Source: the human T2T-CHM13v2.0 reference genome, Homo sapiens. From it: 64,000 bases of DNA. Both the position numbers and the translations under genes were made by a program. The notes beneath the pieces were generated by a model, which was not told where the DNA came from, did not search any database, and saw nothing but the letters and a program-made list of their open reading frames with translations. Where the stretch lies: NCBI RefSeq assembly GCF_009914755.1, contig NC_060925.1; one strand, written 5' to 3'. Of this stretch, positions 58,901 to 64,000 are shown piece after piece (the first letter of the stretch is position 1; each line of letters opens with the position of its first letter).

Positions 58901-61129
58901 CAATCATCGAATGGACTCAAATGGAATTATCCTCAAATGGAATCGAATGGAATTATCGAATGCAATCGAATGGAATTATCGAATGCAATCGAATAGAATC
59001 ATCGAATGGACTCGAATGGAATCATCGAATGGAATGGAATGGAACAGTCAATGAACTCGAATGGAATCATCATTGAATGGAATCGAATGGAATCATCGAG
59101 TGGAATCGAATGGAATTATGATCAAATGGAATCGAATGTAATCATCATCAAATGGAATCAAAAATAACCATCATCAATTGGTATTGAATGGAATTGTCAT
59201 CAAATGGAATTCAAAGGAATCATCATCAAATGGAACCGAATGGAATCCTCATTGAATGGAAATGAAAGGGGTCATCATCTAATGGAATCGCATGGAATCA
59301 TCATCAAATGGAATCGAATGGAATCATCATCAAATGGAATCTAATGGAATCATTGAACAGAATTGAATGGAATCGTCATCGAATGAATTGAATGCAATCA
59401 TCGAATGGTCTCGAATGGAATCATCTTCTAATGGAAAGGAATGGAATCATCGCATAGAATCGAATGGAATTATCATCGAATGGAATCGAATGGTATCAAC
59501 ACCAAACGGAAAAAAACGGAATTATCGAATGGAATCGAAGAGAATCTTCGAACGGACCCGAATGGAATCATCTAATGGAATGGAATGGAATAATCCATGG
59601 ACTCGAATGCAATCATCATCGAATGGAATCGAATGGAATCATCGAATGGACTCGAATGGAATAATCATTGAACGGAATCGAATGGAATCATCATCGGATG
59701 GAAACGAATGGAATCATCATCGAATGGAAATGAAAGGAGTCATCATCTAATGGAATTGCATGGAATCATCATAAAATGGAATCGAATGGAATCAACATCA
59801 AATGGAATCAAATGGAATCATTGAACGGAATTGAATGGAATCGTCATCGAATGAATTGACTGCAATCATCGAATGGTCTCGAATGGAATCATCTTCAAAT
59901 GGAATGGAATGGAATCATCGCATAGAATCGAATGGAATTATCATCGAATGGAATCGAATGGAATCAACATCCAACGGAAAAAAACGGAATTATCGAATGG
60001 AATCGAAGAGAATCATCGAATGGACCCGAATGGAATCATCTAATGGAATGGAATGGAATAATCCATGGACTCGAATGCAATCATCATCCAATGGAATCGA
60101 ATGGAATCATCGAATGGACTCGAATGGAATAATCATTGAACGGAATCGAATGGAATCATCATCGGATGGAAATGAATGGAATCATCATCGAATGGAATCG
60201 AATAGAATTATGGAATGAAATCCAGTGTGATCATCATCGAATGGACCCGAATGGAATCATCATCCAACGGAAGCTAATGGAATCAACATCGAATGAATCG
60301 AATGGAAACACCATCGAATTGAAACGAATGGAATTATCATGAAATTGAAATGGATGGACTCATCATCGAATGGATTCGAATGGAATCATCGAATAAAATT
60401 GATTGAAATCATCATCAAATGGAATCGAATGGTATCATTGAATGGAATCGAATGGAATCATCATCAGATGGAAATGAATGGAATCGTCATAGAATGGAAT
60501 CGAATGGATTCATTGAATGGAATCAGATGGAATCATCGAATGGACTGGAATGGAATCATTGAATGGACTCGAAAGGGATCATTATTGAATGGAATTGAAT
60601 GGAATCATCGAATGGTCTCGATTGGAATCATTATCAAATGGAATCGAATGGAATCACCGAATAGAATCGAATGGAACAATCATCGAATGGACTCAAATGG
60701 AATTATCCTCCAATGGAATCGAATGGAATTATCGAATGCAATCGAATGGAATTATCGAATGCAATCGAATAGAATCATCGAATGGACTCGAATGGAATCA
60801 TCGAATGGAATGGAATGGAACAGTCAATGAACTCGAATGGAATCATCATTGAATGGAATCGAATGGAATCATCGAATGGAATCGAATGGAATTATGATCA
60901 AATGGAATCGAATATAATCATCATCAAATGGAATCAAAAATAACCATCATCAATTGGTATTGAATGGAATTCTCATCAAATGGAATTCAAAGGAGTCATC
61001 ATCAAATGGAACTGAATGGAATCCTCATTGAATGGAAATGAAAGGGGTCATCATCTAATGGAATCGCATGGAATCATCATCAAATGGAATCGAATGGAAT
61101 CATCATCAAATGGAATCTGATGGAATCAT

Positions 61130-63051
61130 TGAACAGAATTGAATGGAATCGTCATCGAATGAATTGAATGCAATCATCGAATGGTCTCGAATGTAATCAC
61201 ATTCTAATGGAAAGGAATGGAATCATCGCATAGAATCGAATGGAATTAACATTGAATGGACTCGAATGGAATCAACATCAAACGGAATCAAGCGGAATTA
61301 TCGAATGGAATCGAAGAGAATCATCGAATGGTCTCGAATGGAATCATCTTCTAATGGAAAGGAATGGAATCATCGCATAGAATCGAATGGAATTAACATT
61401 GAATGGACTCGAATGGAATCAACATCAAATGGAATCAAACGGAATTATCGAATGAAATCGAAGAGAATCATTGAATGGACTCGAATGGAATCATCTAATG
61501 GAATGGAATGGAATAATCCACGGACTCGAATGCAATCATCATCGTATAGAATCGAATGGAATCATCGAATGGACTCGAATGGAATAACCATTGAACGGAA
61601 TCGAATGGAATCATCATCGGATGGAAACGAATGGAATCATCATCGAATGGAAATGAAAGGAGTCATCATCTAATGGAATTGCATGGAATCATCATAAAAT
61701 GGAATCGAATGGAATCAACATCAAATGGAATCAAATGGAATCATTGAACGGAATTGAATGGAATCGTCTCGAATGAATTGACTGCAATCATCGAATGGTC
61801 TCGAATGGAATCATCTTCAAATGGAATGGAATGGAATCATCGCATAGAATCGAATGGAATTATCATCGAATGGAATCGAATGGAATCAACATCAAACGGA
61901 AAAAAACGGAATTATCAAATGGAATCGAAGAGAATCATCGAATGGACCCGAATGGAATCATCTAATGGAATGGAATGGAATAATCCATGGACTCGAATGC
62001 AATCATCATCGAATGGAATCGAATGGAATCATCGAATGGACTCGAATGGAATAATCATTGAACGGAATCGAATGGAATCATCATCGGATGGAAATGAATG
62101 GAATCATCATCGAATGGAATCGAATAGAATTATGGAATGAAATCCAGTGTGATCATCATCGAATGGACCCGAATGGAATCATCATCCAACGGAAGCTAAT
62201 GGAATCAACATCGAATGAATCAAATGGAAACACCATCGAATTGAAACGAATGGAATTATCATGAAATTGAAATGGATGGACTCATCATCGAATGGATTCG
62301 AATGGAATCATCGAATAAAATTGATTGAAATCATCATCGAATGGAATCGAGTGGTATCATTGAATGGAATCGAATGGAATCAACATCAGATGGAAATGAA
62401 TGGAATCGTCATAGAATGGAATCGAATGGATTCATTGAATGGAATCAGATGGAATCATCGAATGGACTGGAATGGAATCATTGAATGGACTCGAAAGGGA
62501 TCATGATTGAATGGAATTGAATGGAATCATCGAATGGTCTCGATTGGAATCATTATCAAATGGAATCGAATGGAATCACCGAATAGAATCGAATGGAACA
62601 ATCATCGAATGGACTCAAATGGAATTATCCTCAAATGGAATCGAATGGAATTATCGAATGCAATCGAATGGAATTATCGAATGCAATCGAATAGAATCAT
62701 CGAATGGACTCGAATGGAATCATCGAATGGAATGGAATGGAACAGTCAATGAACTCGAATGGAATCATCATTGAATGGAATCGAATGGAATCATCGAGTG
62801 GAATCGAATGGAATTATGATCAAATGGAATCGAATTTAATCATCATCAAATGGAATCAAAAATAACCATCATCAATTGGTATTGAATGGAATTGTCATCA
62901 AATGGAATTCAAAGGAATCATCATCAAATGGAACCGAATGGAATCCTCATTGAATGGAAATGAAAGGGGTCATCATCTAATGGAATCGCATGGAATCATC
63001 ATCAAATGGAATCGAATGGAATCATCATCAAATGGAATCTAATGGAATCAT
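61130..63051 (+). repeat. Divergent 1922-bp unit with a 147-bp tandem duplication and a 1-bp deletion
   Basis: Spacing 61143 to 63065 = 1922. tcatcgaatggtctcg occurs at 61174 and again at 61321 (147 bp apart). gaatcgtctcgaatg at ~61761 lacks one A. 1776+147-1 = 1922. Confidence 0.9.
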
Positions 63052-64000
63052 TGAACAGAATTGAATGGAATCGTCATCGAATGAATTGAATGCAATCATC
63101 GAATGGTCTCGAATGGAATCATCTTCTAATGGAAAGGAATGGAATCATCACATAGAATCGAATGGAATTATCATCGAATGGAATCGAATTGTATCAACAC
63201 CAAACGGAAAAAAACGGAATTATCGAATGGAATCGAAGAGAATCTTCGAACGGACCCGAATGGAATCATCTAATGGAATGGAATGGAATAATCCATGGAC
63301 TCGAATGCAATCATCATCGAATGGAATCGAATGGAATCATCGAATGGACTCGAATGGAATAATCATTGAACGGAATCGAATGGAATCATCATCGGATGGA
63401 AACGAATGGAATCATCATCGAATGGAAATGAAAGGAGTCATCATCTAATGGAATTGCATGGAATCATCATAAAATGGAATCGAATGGAATCAACATCAAA
63501 TGGAATCAAATGGAATCATTGAACGGAATTGAATGGAATCGTCATCGAATGAATTGACTGCAATCATCGAATGGTCTCGAATGGAATCATGTTCAAATGG
63601 AATGGAATGGAATCATCGCATAGAATCGAATGGAATTATCATCGAATGGAATCGAATGGAATCAACATCCAACGGAAAAAAACGGAATTATCGAATGGAA
63701 TCGAAGAGAATCATCGAATGGACCCGAATGGAATCATCTAATGGAATGGAATGGAATAATCCATGGACTCGAATGCAATCATCATCGAATGGAATCGAAT
63801 GGAATCATCGAATGGACTCGAATGGAATAATCATTGAACGGAATCGAATGGAATCATCATCGGATGGAAATGAATGGAATCATCATCGAATGGAATCGAA
63901 TAGAATTATGGAATGAAATCCAGTGTGATCATCATCGAATGGACCCGAATGGAATCATCATCCAACGGAAGCTAATGGAATCAACATCGAATGAATCGAA

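Larger units (their letters stand above)
1..64000 (+). repeat. Human Satellite II (HSat2/HSATII) pericentromeric tandem array, 1776-bp unit, GGAAT strand on +
   Basis: Continuous GAATGGAATC/ATCATCGAATG motifs with abundant TCGA. The unit marker (ATG of 'MESSSNELNA') recurs at 14, 1790, 3566, 5342, 7118, 8894, 10670, 12446, 14222, 15998, 17774, 19524, 21300, 23081, 24857, 26633, 28382, 30158, 31939, 33715, 35491, 37267, 39043, 40793, 42101, 43877, 45627, 46935, 48711, 50487, 52263, 54039, 55815, 57591, 59367, 61143 and 63065. The modal spacing is 1776 bp. No orientation switch and no foreign insertion seen. Confidence 0.97.

Noticed and set aside
61174-61467. 147-bp duplication equals the nucleosome core length
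   Set aside because: It is a single event whose length is explained by flanking microhomology in the repeat register, so it is likely a coincidence.
14-63916. About 250 short plus-strand ORFs (MESSSN..., MELSSN..., MKLKW...)
   Set aside because: These are low-complexity translations of GGAAT repeats (MEWN/GIE/NHR). They overlap in several frames, are broken by random stops and frameshifts, and show no domain or gene structure.
1-64000. CRISPR-like or other repeat-spacer system
   Set aside because: There are no unique spacers; the intervening sequence is itself repeated every 1776 bp, and no cas-like genes are present.
1-64000. HSat3, alpha satellite or telomeric repeat
   Set aside because: Pure GGAAT runs are at most 3-4 copies and ATCATCG/TCGA motifs dominate, which fits HSat2. 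There is no 171-bp period, CENP-B box or TTAGGG.
1-64000. HSF1 heat-shock elements, inversions or transposon insertions
   Set aside because: GAA units are in direct rather than alternating orientation, and I saw no canonical three-unit inverted nGAAn array. I also saw no CATTC-strand block or non-satellite sequence while reading.

Overview
The whole 64-kb window is one uninterrupted head-to-tail satellite array. It is built from a degenerate (GGAAT)n/CATTC pentamer organised as ~23-26-bp 'ATCATCGAATGGAATCGAATGGA' sub-repeats, and it is dense in TCGA. This is human Satellite II (HSat2). The higher-order unit is 1776 bp and carries one EcoRI site, matching the classic ~1.77-kb chromosome 1q12 HSat2 repeat (pUC1.77/D1Z1-type; the chromosome assignment is an inference). 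There are 36 complete units plus a partial one, all in one orientation. I see no genes, transposons or RNA genes, and every ORF in the track is a translation of satellite. I found no evidence of a new protein-coding system. The real signal is the evolutionary structure of the array: a 468-bp internal duplication in each unit; 1308-bp recombinant units; 26-bp and 5-bp indels; nested duplications at 3552, 4834 and ~8858 bp; apparent conversion between sub-repeats; a divergent ~0.9-kb tract near 61 kb with a 147-bp duplication; and DUX4-consensus sites that are gained and lost among units.
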